Positions 13,310 through 26,851 of a DNA stretch of 64,000 nucleotides are shown piece by piece (the stretch's first letter is position 1; each line of letters starts with the position of its first letter). The position numbers and the translations under genes are program-made. A model generated the notes under the pieces. That model made no database searches, had not been told where the DNA came from, and saw only the letters and a program-made list of their open reading frames with translations. The DNA lies in the NCBI GenBank assembly GCA_964016885.1, contig OZ024741.1:77314001-77378000 (forward strand). The letters run 5' to 3'. Origin of the DNA: Eledone cirrhosa. Its lineage: Eukaryota.

Positions 13310-16300
13310 ATAAGAAAATAATTTCACAAAGTTTTACCAATAGAGAGAGAGTCGGTTTCTAAGACACAAGACTCTCTCATTGGAATTTACACAACATCAA
13401 CTAGGTAGATGTATGTATGCATGTGTAGATATGGATGTTATTGTATGTGTGAACGTGTATATTTTGAGTTGTATGTGTGCATGTGTATATGCTTTGCATC
13501 TATACATGTGTATATGCAGTTATTAGATGCAAACTTTTTGAAATGTTTTACATATTTTTACTGTTCCATTAATGGATTGTACTTGTAATTTCCTAACTAG
13601 TTGTGTTCCTTCTGTTCCTGTGAAGCCTAGCTTCTCAAGATTTGTATTGAGGCAGTTACTAACATACCCCAGTGCCCCAATAATCACATGCATAAATCTG
13701 AAGGTGTAATCAGGGTGGAGTATCTGCAGATTTCTCATCAGTTCTGCATAAATATTCTCCTTTTCACTAATCTTTGATATTATATTGGCATCTGCTGGGC
13801 AGCTAATTTCCACTACCGTGCATGCTTTCTTCTCCCTGTCCCATATAATATCTGGTCTGTTATGCCTGCATTTTATTGGGGTTTTTACTGGAACATTCCA
13901 CCAGTACTCTTTTATAGTATGCACATGGATGTCTTCCACATTGCTGTAGCTTTTAATGTGTTTATTATCGGGGCTATCTTTTTTTACGAACTGCATCGTA
14001 CAGTGTTTTGGCCACTACATCATGCCACATAGGTAGATGGTACCGCGATGACATCTTTGGACAGCTGCTGATGACATGGGTGATATCCTCGATGTTAGTT
14101 CTGCAGAGTCTGCAATTGTTATCACATCTAGGTGTTTTGCCTGCATCCCTATCTCTTTTGTGAATCAGGTATTTCGTGTTAATCTCCTGTTCTTGAATTT
14201 CAAAAGCGTATCCTTCAAAGTGGGAGCCAATATAGCGGTTGTTGGTCCAAGATAGACTACTTTCCTTATCTATATTACTCTCACTCTGGAGCTTCCTGGC
14301 AACATATCCATGCATGAATTTTTTGCTGATGAGTATGCAGTTTTTCATCCATGGATTCACTGCGATACTGCGATACTGCTGAGCAACTTCCCTGGGTGTA
14401 CGTTTTTGATTATTACACAGGGAATATCTCTCGAGGAGTTCCTTCCCAAATCTTATGATCTTATCTGTTTCATGCAGATAGATTTGCTCGAGAAACGGGC
14501 TCCTACGCTTCGAGGTTCGTAGATGTTGTCGGAGAGATATGATGCGACATTCAAATGTTGTCTGGACTGATGTTAGGCCTCTGCCGCCCTGCTTACGTTT
14601 CAAGTAAAGGCGGTCTATGTCACTGTTGATGTGGAAGTTTCCGGTGTTGTTTAGTATTTTTCGAGTTCTAACATCAACTGCTCGGATTTCGTCTATCGTC
14701 CAATTGAGTATTCCAAACGTTGGTGTTTGGACAGGCACAGCAAACACATTGTGAGCCACTGTTTTGTTTTGCGCAGAGAGTTCCGATGATCAGATCTTTC
14801 TTAATCGGGTTTAGTATTGCCTGGTTACGCGTCCTTTATTACAGATACCATTATAGGATATGTTCTCATCTATCCCCAGGTATCTGTAACAGTCTTCATC
14901 AGATATCGGTGAAACAGTTAGGCCATTGATGACAATGTTGCTAGATTGGGTTGTTGTTTTTCCCCGCTTTACAGTCATGTATGAGCATTTATCTTGGCCA
15001 AACTCCATCCCTATATCCTTTGAGAACGTTGTGACCAGGTTAAGATTTTTTTTCATCCCATCCATGTTCTTGGCATAGAGTTTCAGATCGTCCACAAAGA
15101 AATTATGGGTTAGGTTCGTATTTCTGTCCTCCTGTGAGCCAATGATTTATCCCTCACATTTCTTGAGCAGAAAGGACAAGGGGTTTAATGACAAGATGAA
15201 TAATATTCCAGAGAGACTGTCCCCCTTTAATATACCCCTGCAATATTTTATTTTATCAGTGAAAATAGAGTCCTCCCTCTCTGTCTTTTACCTTAGGATA
15301 GTAGCCCAAGAAGAAGACAGCCTCTCTATGGCTCTGACAATAATGTCTGGGACTTTAGCAAGTTGGAGGGCCTCTATCATCCAAGAGTGGGGAACAGAAT
15401 CGAAAGCTTTCCTGTAGTCCAGCCCGATTGTAGCCATATTCCTCCTAAGTTGTCGCACCTCCGACATCGCAGTTTTGTTGATTAGGAGTTGTTCAACTCA
15501 TCCCCAAACTCCTTTCTTTCCAGCTGCTTGTTCATCTGTGATGATGTTATTATTTTCACAGTGATCTCGGAGGAATAGGTTCAGGCAGGCTGTATACATC
15601 TTATACATCAGGTTCTGGCATGCAATGGGTCGATAGTTTTTTGCCAAGTGGGTGTCTTTATTCTTGGGGACCAGTAATGTTTGTGCTAATGTCAACCATT
15701 CTGGTATAAGTGTATCTCCCTTAAGAACTTGTTGGTAGAGGTCAGTAAGATACCTCCGATAGAATATTAGTTTTGTGTACCAGTAGCCGACAATCATGTC
15801 TTTTTCTGGTGTTTTCTTATCTTGGAGTTTTCCTATCACAGTCTCAAGGGTACCCTCACTTATTTCGTATGTTTTTGTTGTAGTGTAGGAGCAATAGTTC
15901 TTCCGGATTTCTCTTAGCCACACTGCATCTTGGTTGAAATTCTTCTTTTCACCCCATATCTTGCTCCAAAAGGAATCTATGTCTTTCTGGGAAGGGGCCT
16001 CGGTGACACTTATTATTTTGCCCTTCATATCTCTATAGATTGATGTTTGGTTTCGTCTGAATCTTTTATTAAGCACTTTTCTCTCATCTACCTTCTTCAG
16101 GTATCGGCGTTTTTCGCTAACAGCTCTCAATCCTTGTTTGAGGGTGATCAGCTTATATTGAAGAGTTCTGGTTCTACTGTTACCAAACATCGTCTCTATT
16201 TTATTTTTCACTCTTTGTTGGTGTGGAGTGAGGTTTTTTTGTGTTTGTTTGCATGTAAGGAGCGTTGTCACATATCCTATGTTTTTTCGTAGGTCAGCAA

Positions 16301-16914
16301 TCTTTTTTTCTATTTTAGTTATATATGATGGTATTTTTGGTGGTGTTCTGTTCTTGTTAATATCTCTGCTATCACCAAGATAATGCTTCACTGTCGTTGC
16401 TAAGGCATATAAATAGGCGTTGATTTGCCAAAATGTTGGGGTTTTTATCCGTCGTAAATATTCATCCCCTATTTCAACACGTAATATTATAACACGTATA
16501 ATTTATAACACGTATATATTATAACACGTATTTTTTGCCATTTTATAACAATTAAATAAATCATTATTAAGTTCACAACTCCAAGAGAAATGCGATTTAT
16601 AATTTGGGTTTCTTCTGTAGCTACAACTGAATAAAGTTTGTTTACCTTCCTTTTTATTTGTCTTTGGTACTTCCTTAATTTTGTTGTTGATGTTGTGTTC
16701 AGCCATGCTGTTTGTAGCAAATCCTTGTAAAATGAATTATGTATTTAGTCGGATATCTCTACGAATTCGAATAAAAGGTGTCTTCAGAAGATATAGTTAG
16801 AAGAATAACCAGTTATTCAACATGACTGTAGTTGTGGCATTAATGTCGCAGATAGTATTCATCTTAAATTTAATAGTCTCCCACGCCAAAATATGCGACT
16901 GATCGCGTTGACTG

Positions 16915-16916
<2 letters not shown>
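13310..16916 (-). mobile_element. Near full-length, inactivated R4/Dong-clade retrotransposon (N-terminal domain, RT, CCHC, restriction-like endonuclease)
   Basis: ATG 16706 (WSCELNNDLFNCY), KNYRPIACQNLMYK, DDLKLYA, CRLC..EDITHVISSC, HNRPDII..VEISCP, IIGALG; several frameshifts/stops and a deletion near 16490. Confidence 0.95.
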
Positions 16917-16946
<30 letters not shown>

Positions 16947-17003
16947 TGTATGTATGTATGTATGTATGTATGTATGTATGTATGTATGTATGTATGTATG
17001 TAT

Positions 17004-17315
17004 GTTCTTCTGGTTTTATCATTTCACAAATTTTTGCCAATAGAGAGAGTCGGTTTCTAACATAGTTACAAGACTCTCTCATTGGAATTTACACATCAAC
17101 TAGGTAGATAGGTATGCATGTCTGCATGCATGTGTAAGTATGGATGTTATTGTATGTGTGGATGTGTATATTTTGAGTTGTATGTGTGCATTTGTATACG
17201 CTTTGTATTTGTACATGTGTATATGCAGTTATTAGATACAACATTTTTGGAATGTTTTACACATTTTTACCGTTCCATTAATTGATTGTACTTGTAATTT
17301 CCTAACTAGTTGTGT
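17004..17315 (-). mobile_element. Short 3' fragment of the same R4/Dong family
   Basis: TQLVRKLQVQSINGTVKMCKTFQ + 3' UTR; (TATG)n on both sides. Confidence 0.85.
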
Positions 17316-17384
17316 TATGTATGTATATTCTTCTGGTTTTATAATCTTATAAATTTTTAAACCAGAAGAACATACATAGATACA

Positions 17385-17700
17385 TGATGATGATGGCTGC
17401 CTCCTCGTTATCGAGTATGGCCATTGCACGATATACCATTATTAATAATTATTAATTAATTCTATCGTGCAATGCCTGTGCGTGAAGATATTTTTTGAAG
17501 TGAGGAAAGACTGTGCACTGAGCCAATCCCACTCTCTGAGCAACAGTAACTATAGCGCGAAAAGAAGAAAAGATCAACATCATCGGTAACTACTGAGCCG
17601 CAGGTTTTATATCGGAGTTATCCCAGTTTCCTGAGTTGCCTTTTCCTAGAAGAATGCCCTGACAAAGGCTAGGGGTCCTTCACTCCCAGTGGTTTAATCG
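17385..17700 (-). mobile_element. Divergent variant of the RTE-derived non-autonomous element, (CAT)n tail
   Basis: Shares agcctttgtca, ctccgatataaaacctgc, gagagtgga, cacaggcattgc and the ggccatactcgataacgag..gcagcca 3' end. Confidence 0.65.
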
Positions 17701-17784
17701 CGCGATCGAGTGTCCAGCTCGACTATTTCTATGTCCCCGCGCATATACATACATATGTACATATGTATATACATATTTACACAC

Positions 17785-18350
17785 TTTTGGATGGCCGTTG
17801 ACTCTTATGAGTTCTTCCGCCCTTTGTCAGGTTTTGTTTTTTGTCCTGCAGGGTGTCCAAAATCCCCCTCCTTACCAAGTAAACTTGGTGGGGTTGCCGG
17901 TTTAGTCGCCGACGACCCGACTATGCGACAGGTTGTACTGTGTTACATGTTACCAGTAGCACTCAAGAGTGACCCGACATTACATATATGCATAGATACA
18001 TACATACATACATGGTGGCTGCCAACTCGTTTTCGAGTACGGCCACTACTTTATATCCATGTAGGAGAACCCCTACCGATGCGCTGAACGAGTGTGACTT
18101 TTTAGTCCAGCCAGCTAAACCTCTGATACAAACACTACACTTGTGACAATTATTGACACATAGTGCTGGGCCCATGGTACCATGTGACGACAAGTTCGGA
18201 GAGATCTCTAGATATAAAGCAATGCCTGTGCCGTGAAGCTTTTATTGTGAGCAAAGGCACTGCACAAAGCCAGTCCCACTCTCTTAACCAAGATGATATT
18301 TACCAAAAAGAAGAACAATTCAACATCATTGGATACCATCAGAGTTGCAG
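17785..18350 (-). mobile_element. Two inverted partial copies (5' half 17785-17978; 3' half 18012-18350) of the RTE-derived element
   Basis: Reverse complement matches 12704-13296. Confidence 0.8.
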
Positions 18351-18415
18351 GTATGTATGTATGTATGTATGTATGTATTTTTGTATCTATGTATGTATGT
18401 ATGTATGTATGTATG

Positions 18416-19024
18416 TCAGGTCACCAGTTGGTGCTACTGGTAACATGTATCCCAGTACAACCTGTCTCATGGTCGGGTCATTGGCGACTAAACTGGCAAC
18501 CCCACCAAGGTTTCTTGGTGAGGAGGGTGACTTTGGACATCCTGCAGGACTAAAAACAAAACCTGTCAAAGGGCAAAGGAGCTCTTAAGAATCAATGGCC
18601 ATCCAAAATCACCGGGAGAGATGACCCCTTAGCCTTTGTCAAGGCAGAATTCTAGGAGAAGGAAAACTCTGATATAACACCTGCAACCCTGATGGTATCC
18701 AATGATGTTGACTTGTTCTTCTTTTTGGTAAATATCATCTTGGTTAAGAGAGTGGGACTGGCTTTATGCAGTGCCTTTGCTCACTATAAAAGCTTCACGG
18801 CACAGGCATTGCTTTATATCTGGAGATCTCTCTGCACTTGTCATCACATGGTACCATGGGCCCAGCACTATATGTCAATAATTGTCACAAGTGTAGTGTT
18901 TGTACCAGAGTTTTCAAGTCGCTGGCTGGACTAAAAAGTCACGCTCGTTCAGCGCACCGGTAGGGGTTCCCCTACATGGATATAAAGTAGTGGCCGTACT
19001 CGAAAACGAGTTGGCAGACACCAA
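18416..19024 (+). mobile_element. Non-autonomous RTE-derived element between (TATG)n tracts
   Basis: Near-identical to 12704-13296. Confidence 0.8.
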
Positions 19025-19094
19025 GTATGTATGTATGTATGTATGTATGTATGTATGTATGTATGTATGTATGTATGTATGTATGTATGTTTCT

Positions 19095-20178
19095 AGCAAG
19101 TTTTCTTATCTGCTTCATAAATCTCTTGTAACTGTGTGTGGCTTCGGGTCTGACAGAAGAATAATGGAGGTGATTTTCACAGCAAGACATATGTTGAAGT
19201 GCTAAGAGCTCGGCATGGATCTTGTTCAGGTTTTCATTGATCTAACCGAAGCTTTTCATACTATGAATAAGGCATCCTTGTGGATGTAAATCTGCAAACT
19301 TGCACGATGAAATGTAAGTGGATCACGACTGGTGGGTGTAAAATCAGTCGGCTGGAATTTGCAGACGACATGGTATTACTTAACGCGACAGAAGGTCATC
19401 TCCGATTTGCACTTGATAGGTTTGATGCCAAGTGCTGCATGGATGGAATGAAAATCAGTGCTGCGAAAACTGAGACACCCGTTCTCTCAAGGAAGCCTGC
19501 GCAGTGCACTCTACATGTGAATGGATTTCCACGGAAGCAGATGGAGGAGTTCAAGTATCTTGGGGCCGTGTTCACAAGTGATGGAAGGCAGGAGACTGAA
19601 TTAAGTGCGAGAATTGCAAGAGCTGGTACAGTAATGCGCCAGTTTCAGTATTCGGTACTCAGAAGAAGAGAGGTAGGTGTAAATTCCAAACTCACTATCT
19701 TCAATTCGGTATTCGTGTCAACCTTCAGCTATGGTCATGAATATTGGATAATGACCGAAAGAATACGATCGCGAATACAAGCGACTGAAATTGGGTTCCT
19801 CCGAAGGGTCTTTGGAGTAACGTTACTCAATAGAGTGCGTAGCTCGGAGGAGATCAGCGAGTCGCTCCCTGTAGAGCCGCTACTTCTCCGCATTGAGACA
19901 TCACAGCTCCGATACTATGAACATGTGGTTAGAATGTCTCAGGAAATAATTGCTGTCCAGATTTTACGGGCAAAAGCAACCGAAAGGAAACCCAGGGGTA
20001 CACTGAACAAGATGGTTGGATAAAATCTATAAGCTCGGCTGGTCTGTCTTAGGGATCCAGCCGGATCTGTTGGAGACAGTTGCTTCTGACAAGACCTGCT
20101 GCAAGGAGCGTTTGAAGAAGAAGAAGAAGAAGAAGAAGAAGAAGAAGAAGAAGAAGAAGAAGAAGAAGAAGAAGAAGA
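19095..20178 (+). mobile_element. RTE-clade LINE RT fragment with (GAA)n tail
   Basis: FIDLTEAF.T, LEFADDMVLL, MKISAAKT, FKYLG, YGHEYW, QLRYYEHVVRM; tail 20114-20178. Confidence 0.88.
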
Positions 20179-20452
20179 AAATATCATATTATATTATATT
20201 ATATTATATTATATTATATTATATTATATTATATTATATTATATTATATTATATTAAGTTATCAGTTTAGATTACAACCAAACCGGACTGAGTGATCAAT
20301 GTAGTTGAGTGACAGCAGCTCTTCCGTATCAGACCAGATTAGACTAGATGAAACCAGACCAGACTGATCAATTGCTGTGGCTTTATAAATCCTTTCCGTC
20401 ACGCACGTATGAAGTAAGATAAGATATGGGAACGTCGGCGACGACCACAGTG

Positions 20453-20532
<80 letters not shown>

Positions 20533-21349
20533 GCACGCACACAAACACACATTTTGCATATTGTATTACAAGAGACACACGCACACACATATACACACAG
20601 ACACATACACATAAACCACCAACACAGACGCTGACTCAGAGATACCATAAACACGGGAAGAGGCTATATCATTTACAATAGTATAATCTATCACACTAAC
20701 AAACAATGGCAGATCAAGTAAACCGAAGGGAGAGACCTAGAATTGGTCCCTTGACGTATTAGAAATAGCAGTCAAATCTTCCTCAAGGAAGAGCATATCT
20801 TATACAAGGAAGAGCATATTGGACATACACCGATCGATCTTATTTTTTATTGTTTAGCGAGGGAGAGAAGGACAGTGCTGTGACCCTTTCAGGAATTCCG
20901 AGACATGTGAGAGTAATAATAGGTAAGGATGAAAGGCAAAGCTAGCCTCCACGGGATTTGAAATCAAAATCTAAAGGGCCGTAACTATATGCCGCAAAAC
21001 ATGTTGTCCGACGATCTCGCGATACTGCAAAACCACTGCTTTGCCCTCACTAAATGATAATAACAATAATACATTATATAAATAGGTACTTTTAACGACT
21101 CTACAAATCATAATTACCGTAGATTGAAGTGTTCAAATCGACTTTTTAAGCCTGCGAATATCAACTTATATAGTAGATAAAACACAAATCATTGCGTCGA
21201 GTGGTAAGCAATGGAGTAGTACTCTTAATAATCTGTGGACATCACTTATTGTTAGTCAAGAAAGTTACCACAAAGCTTGAGTTGATGAATTTATTTAATA
21301 TATATAACAAACCAATTATGATTGATATAAGATGAATATAATAATAATG

Positions 21350-22200
21350 TTTTCTTTATTAACAACAAGGGTTGACACAAAGCATAAGAACAGCACAGTA
21401 TGGTACAAATGAGCGTTTTGTTACAAAGGATGTAACAAAAAAAAAGGAAACTAAGGAAAATTCGCCAATAGGGAGGGGGGCTTCCGAGGGTCACTCGTGG
21501 AGAAAGTCTACAAAAGCCATGGTCACTCTGACCGCCAGGGCAAGTGCCCTCTCCCAGTTTTCCTCCTACAATACTACAGGCACACGCTCAGGGCAGGCCC
21601 ATTCACACGGGCCATTCTTGAGTCTCTCACCCACTTTTCAAAAAACTGGCTGGAAGGCAGCACTTCCTTCTCCACCCTGATTTTCCTTTTCAGGTGAAAC
21701 CTGAAAAAGTTAACGAGACCGTCACTGAAGAGGAAAGTGCCTGTCCTAAACCCTTTCAGGCGTGTCCACTACACAACCTTTTTCGCGTTGGCCACCAGGT
21801 AGATAAAACTTCCTGCTCTTCCTGACTAAAGGAGGGTGGCGGGGCGATCTTCGCGATGGATTCAGCTGATATCCAGATACGTCACACACGTGACAGTAGG
21901 TGTTCGACATAAATCCATAAGTCAGCAATGCTCGGACACATTACGAGTGCATGCAGGACAGTTTAGTCGCCCTGCACGCATCTCAGCCAGGCTTGGTTGA
22001 CGGCACTTCCATGCCTGTAGAGTGTATCTCAAACTGGCAATGCTTCCTGATAGTACTGCCAGGCCAGTGGTTTCTGGAAGTTATCTATGGACCCTGAGTT
22101 AAAAGTTGTCTGGAAAAGATTAACTAGTTGATTATCGTCGACGCCCAGAGTCTCCCCAAGAACGTCGTCGCTTTTGCCATTCACTAACCCCTATAGAACA
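21350..22200 (-). mobile_element. Decayed 3' end of an L1/Tx1-like LINE ORF2 (C-terminal zinc-binding region) plus 3' UTR
   Basis: Manual minus-strand translation across stops/frameshifts: RCVQGD*TVLHALVMCPSIADLW...FFRFHLKRKIRVEKE...WVRDSRMARVNGPALSVCL*; AATAAA near 21356. Confidence 0.65.
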
Positions 22201-22603
22201 CCACGGTCGAGTCTCCAATTGGCCGAGGGCTGTGAGTACACCACATATTTATTTGGCTAAAACACTTCAAGAAACTATTAATAGCAAAACTATACAAAAT
22301 AATGTTCGAATGGTCTAGAAAATCACAGACAAGCAGTGCAGAACGATTTGGGAAGCCGTATTAATTTAAAAGCAGAAGACACAAAAAATGTTTGATGTTA
22401 GCAGCTAAGCAACGGTCAGTATTCAACTGCTGAGACCTTGCAACTATCTGCAGAAGTAGATTTGTGCCTGACCTTTAATGTCTATTGATCAAATGCAATG
22501 CGATACAATGAAGCATGAGGCAGAATCAACAGCTAATGCATATTGAAAATCAAGAAAATATCCCAGGACATTCACACACACACACATACTCATATATATA
22601 TAT

Positions 22604-22639
<36 letters not shown>

Positions 22640-22655
22640 GCACACACGCACACGC

Positions 22656-22782
<127 letters not shown>

Positions 22783-23862
22783 AAAGTTTTCTCAAAGATC
22801 GAGTTGGAGCGGGAATGTATTACAATTCATAGAATAATGAGAAAAACGGAACGCAAGAATAGCTGTTAAAACAGCAAAATGACGGCGTCGAATAAAATTT
22901 ACCTCAAAGTACAGACATCAGTGGTTAGATGTGTGTTGGCCCGCGGAAGGGATAGGAAGAAAGGAGAAAAGGAAAAAAACGAATGAGACAAAATCACACA
23001 AACATCACCTCTTCAGCTCTCAGACCGACTGCAGTTTCGCACGAATTAACTTGAGAGAACTACATAAAATTGCCGGTTCGTGCAACAGAAAATAAGTATT
23101 TCTACTGGTATGATGTATGTGTGATAAAACGAACAAATTGACATTTTGCTGTTTTAACAGCTATTCTTGTGTTTAGTTTTTCACATTATTATCTCGCTAT
23201 ATATAGTGGTTACATATTTAATGCAGAGAGTATTAAAAAGCTAATTAGGAATAATTTATTCGGTAAGGAAAAAATGATTAATATTTTAAATATTTTATTG
23301 AGTACAGGAAACAACTTTAGATATGTTTTTCTCTTGTGATTTCATCACAGAAGCATAGACGTCACTACAGTTATATTATACAGAAATATTACTAGATCAA
23401 TGTAGAAAATTATACATTTGTTGGCCTGGGAAAACAGAGTAAGTAGATATGAAATGACATTTCTGAACAATTAGTGGTGATAGTTTCAATTGTAGAAAAT
23501 GAACTAAGAATCTGTAAATGAAAACATACGGGGTAAATACTTTTAAAAAGTGATGAATTACATTCAAAGCATTTAATCAGATTAGTGTATATGCGTGCCT
23601 GTCTTTGTTTGTGGTAACGGCTACTTGTGTTTGTTTATGCCCTGTAACTTAGCAGTTCGACAAATAGAGATTGATGAAATGAGTACTGGCGTCAATATAA
23701 CCGACATTGCCCTTCGAAGCAGTGCCCCAATATGGCCACTATAAAATGACTGAAATTAGTAAAAGAATTAATAGGATATATAGGCTATAAACATGCGAAA
23801 CGCCAGTTGTAACAAGACTTACTGTTTAGCCTTAATAAAATGAATATAAATATTTCATTTTC

Positions 23863-23983
23863 GGCTCTGATGAGGATACTAAATCACACATTTATTTTTA
23901 CTTTGCTGATATCGATTTTTAATCGGTATTCTTATCATCTATGTTCCTATCCATGATTTAGTGTTTGAAACAAATTGTCAGCC
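23863..23983 (+). ncRNA. Type-I hammerhead ribozyme with long stem II in an ORF-less cassette upstream of (TA)n
   Basis: GGCU-CUGAUGA-GGAUACUAAAUCA...UGAUUUAGUGUUU-GAAA-CAAAUUG-UC-AGCC; GUC triplet. Confidence 0.8.
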
Positions 23984-24037
23984 ATTAAAAATATATGTAT
24001 TCATAAATCATTGTTATTCTTTCTAGCATTTTATATA

Positions 24038-24167
<130 letters not shown>

Positions 24168-24308
24168 ACACGGGTGTGTATGATTGTGTATAGAAGATTA
24201 TATTAATAAAAGGAATTCCAACTTTGTCTGGTTTACTCGTTTTATTTACAATCCTTTAAAATTTATAATGGTATTAGTATGGTAGAATATTAAATGTTAA
24301 GTGTTAAT

Positions 24309-24347
24309 TGAACAAGTACTTTCATGCTTTCGCAATCTTCAGGTTCA
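24309..24347 (-). ncRNA. Minimal hammerhead ribozyme (inverted pLTR copy)
   Basis: Reverse complement of 26033-26071. Confidence 0.8.
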
Positions 24348-26032
24348 TAATGTGTGGTGACAGTAGTCAAGTTTGCAATTTTCAACTGTAATGAGATGGG
24401 TAAATTTTGTGCCTTATATACAGTGAAAAGTGGCTCCAGAATGCTAAATCTAGGAAAGAATTACATCCAAATTAGAGGCACAGCGATGGGAACGAAGTTT
24501 GCTCCCATTTACGTGAACTCTGTAATGGGATACTTAGAACAACAACTCTACCAAGAAATAGAGGAAAAATATAGTACTGACTTTAGAAAGTACATTGAAA
24601 AATCTTGGAAGAGATACCTTGACGACTGTTTCATCATCTGGACAGAATCTCTAGATACTCTGGATGACTTCAATATCCTCCTGAATAACCTACACCCATC
24701 TCTCCAATTCACAAAAGAGATGAGTAGGACCAAATTACCATTCCTAGATATAATGATAATCAAAAACAACACCACCATTACCAGGAATATATATTATAAA
24801 CACACAGACACCCATCAATATCTGAAATTTAAGTTGTGCCATCCACCTCATACAAAACGCAACATCCCATACTGCCTAGCCAGAAGAATTTGTACCATTG
24901 TAGAAGATACGAATACCAGGTACAAACGCCTAACAGAACTAAGAGAATTTTTGCTCAAACAAAAATACCCATCTCTACTTATAGAAAATGGCATTAGCGG
25001 GCTATAAAAATACCTATACAACAACTTAGGACAACCCAAGGAAGAAAAAAACCAAGAACTGGTCATAGCATTTATAATGACGCACAACCCATGTCACCAG
25101 AATATCTTCAACACTGCCAAAGCAAACCTACCGATCATTGCTCAAAGTAATGAATTAAAAGGCTTAATCACAGATCGATATTTGACTCTTAGTAAAAGAC
25201 AGCTGAAAAATTTGAAGCAATTACTAACAAAAGCAAAGTTTGACCTTAACAACAAAGACCAATCATTCACTGTATCTAAATGCAATGATAGTCGATGTGG
25301 CACATGTCAATCCATACACGCCGGTCAATATATGAAAACAAAAACTGGAAAAATATTCCCAAATGCAAATATGAACTGCAAAAGCAGAAATCTAATTTAC
25401 TGCATTAAATGCCCGAATTGTGAAGAACTATATGTCGGTCAAACTGGAAATGCACTATCGGAATGTGCACGGGTACACCGACAGCAAATCAGAGACCCAA
25501 ATGTCCGTCAGATACCCCTAAGTAACCATCTAGCAACATGTGGTCAGGGAATATTTATAATATTCCCATTCTACAAATTAGACAGCCCAAGTGAAATCAA
25601 GAGAAAAATCAAAGAAAAGAATTTTATTGATAAATTCAAACCCAAGCTAAATGAACAATAATAATGGGGGATTACTCCTACTATGACTATGACTACGACC
25701 ATGTTGACTACGGCCACTAACAACAACAACAACAATCATAATAATAATAAAAGTGATGTTGATTACTAGAAAATGCTATTTTCATCATTTCTAAAAATAG
25801 CAAAACAATTGATGCTTTGGATAGGATCAATTAGTAGTCGTTAAACACGCTCAACCAACCGTGACGCCTAAACCAATCAGCTTTAGTAATTCAGTGAAAC
25901 TACACACCGATTGGTCGAAATACAGTTTGCAAGATTTAGCATTCTGGAGCCACTTTTCACTGTATATAAGGCACAAAATTTACCCACCTTATTACAGTTG
26001 AAAATTGCAAACTTGACTGTCACCACACATTA

Positions 26033-26071
26033 TGAACCTGAAGATTGCGAAAGCATGAAAGTACTTGTTCA
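26033..26071 (+). ncRNA. Minimal type-I hammerhead ribozyme in PLE 3' pLTR
   Basis: UGAAC-CUGAAGA-U-UGC GAAA GCA-U-GAAA-GUAC-UU-GUUCA; palindromic stem III AGUACU. Confidence 0.82.
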
Positions 26072-26658
26072 ATTAACACTTAACATTTAATATTCTACCA
26101 TACTATTTCATTCTAATACCATTATAAATTTTAAAGGATTGTAAATAAAACGAGTAAATCAGACAAAGTTGGAATTCCTTTTATTAATATATATATATAT
26201 AAAAGTAAGTGCATAGAATCATTAGATAAAATATATACAGTACTTTTTCTCCTAATCAGCATAAATCAACCACACAACAATCATTTAAACGGGGCTATAA
26301 GTTTAAAATATACTTATGAAGAAACAATAGATAAATGATATAGCTTTTTATCCGCGACTCACAGCTACAGAAAATTTACCTAGTATTTCTGATAGCCTGT
26401 AGAAATTGACTAGACATATAGTTAACCATACATAATTAGGTACAAAATCAAAGTTAGAAGAAAAAATGCACATAAACATACCAAAATCATCAAAATATCT
26501 CTACCCCCGGTGGTTCCATTCACTTTTTGGATATATCCGATCTTGGATAAATCAACGAGGTTGGAAATCATCAGGAGATAAACTCAATTGGACAAAGATT
26601 TTTCTTACATGATCCCTGCCAGAAACGAATTCAAAATGGCTAAGAATCGTCACGTGGC

Positions 26659-26697
<39 letters not shown>

Positions 26698-26851
26698 GTA
26701 ATAATAATAAATTCAAAGAGGGTTCGATAAGGATAAATATATATCAAATATATAAGAACCGTAGAGCAAAAATTTATTAAAATAACAGATTAAAGTTTAA
26801 GCAAAGAATCGCTGCTTTCACCCTTAACGGGATCTTCTGAAACTATATATA

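Larger units (their letters stand above)
24199..26190 (+). mobile_element. Penelope-like element (Neptune-like Cys linker), 5'-truncated, bracketed by ~255-bp inverted repeats (24199-24451 / 25932-26190)
   Basis: GTAMGT, WKRYLDD, LPFLDI, YYKHTDT, SKCNDSRCGTC, NLIYCIKCPNCEELYVGQT; one frameshift ~25000; arms are reverse complements. Confidence 0.95.

Noticed and set aside
10713-16391. Bacterial retron, DGR or group II intron RT
   Set aside because: Motifs, CCHC and restriction-like endonuclease are those of R4/Dong non-LTR elements
26800-26845. Further hammerhead on minus strand (CAGAAGA..CCC/GGG..GAAA)
   Set aside because: Core has U-to-A, no NUH triplet and no stem I; at best a relic
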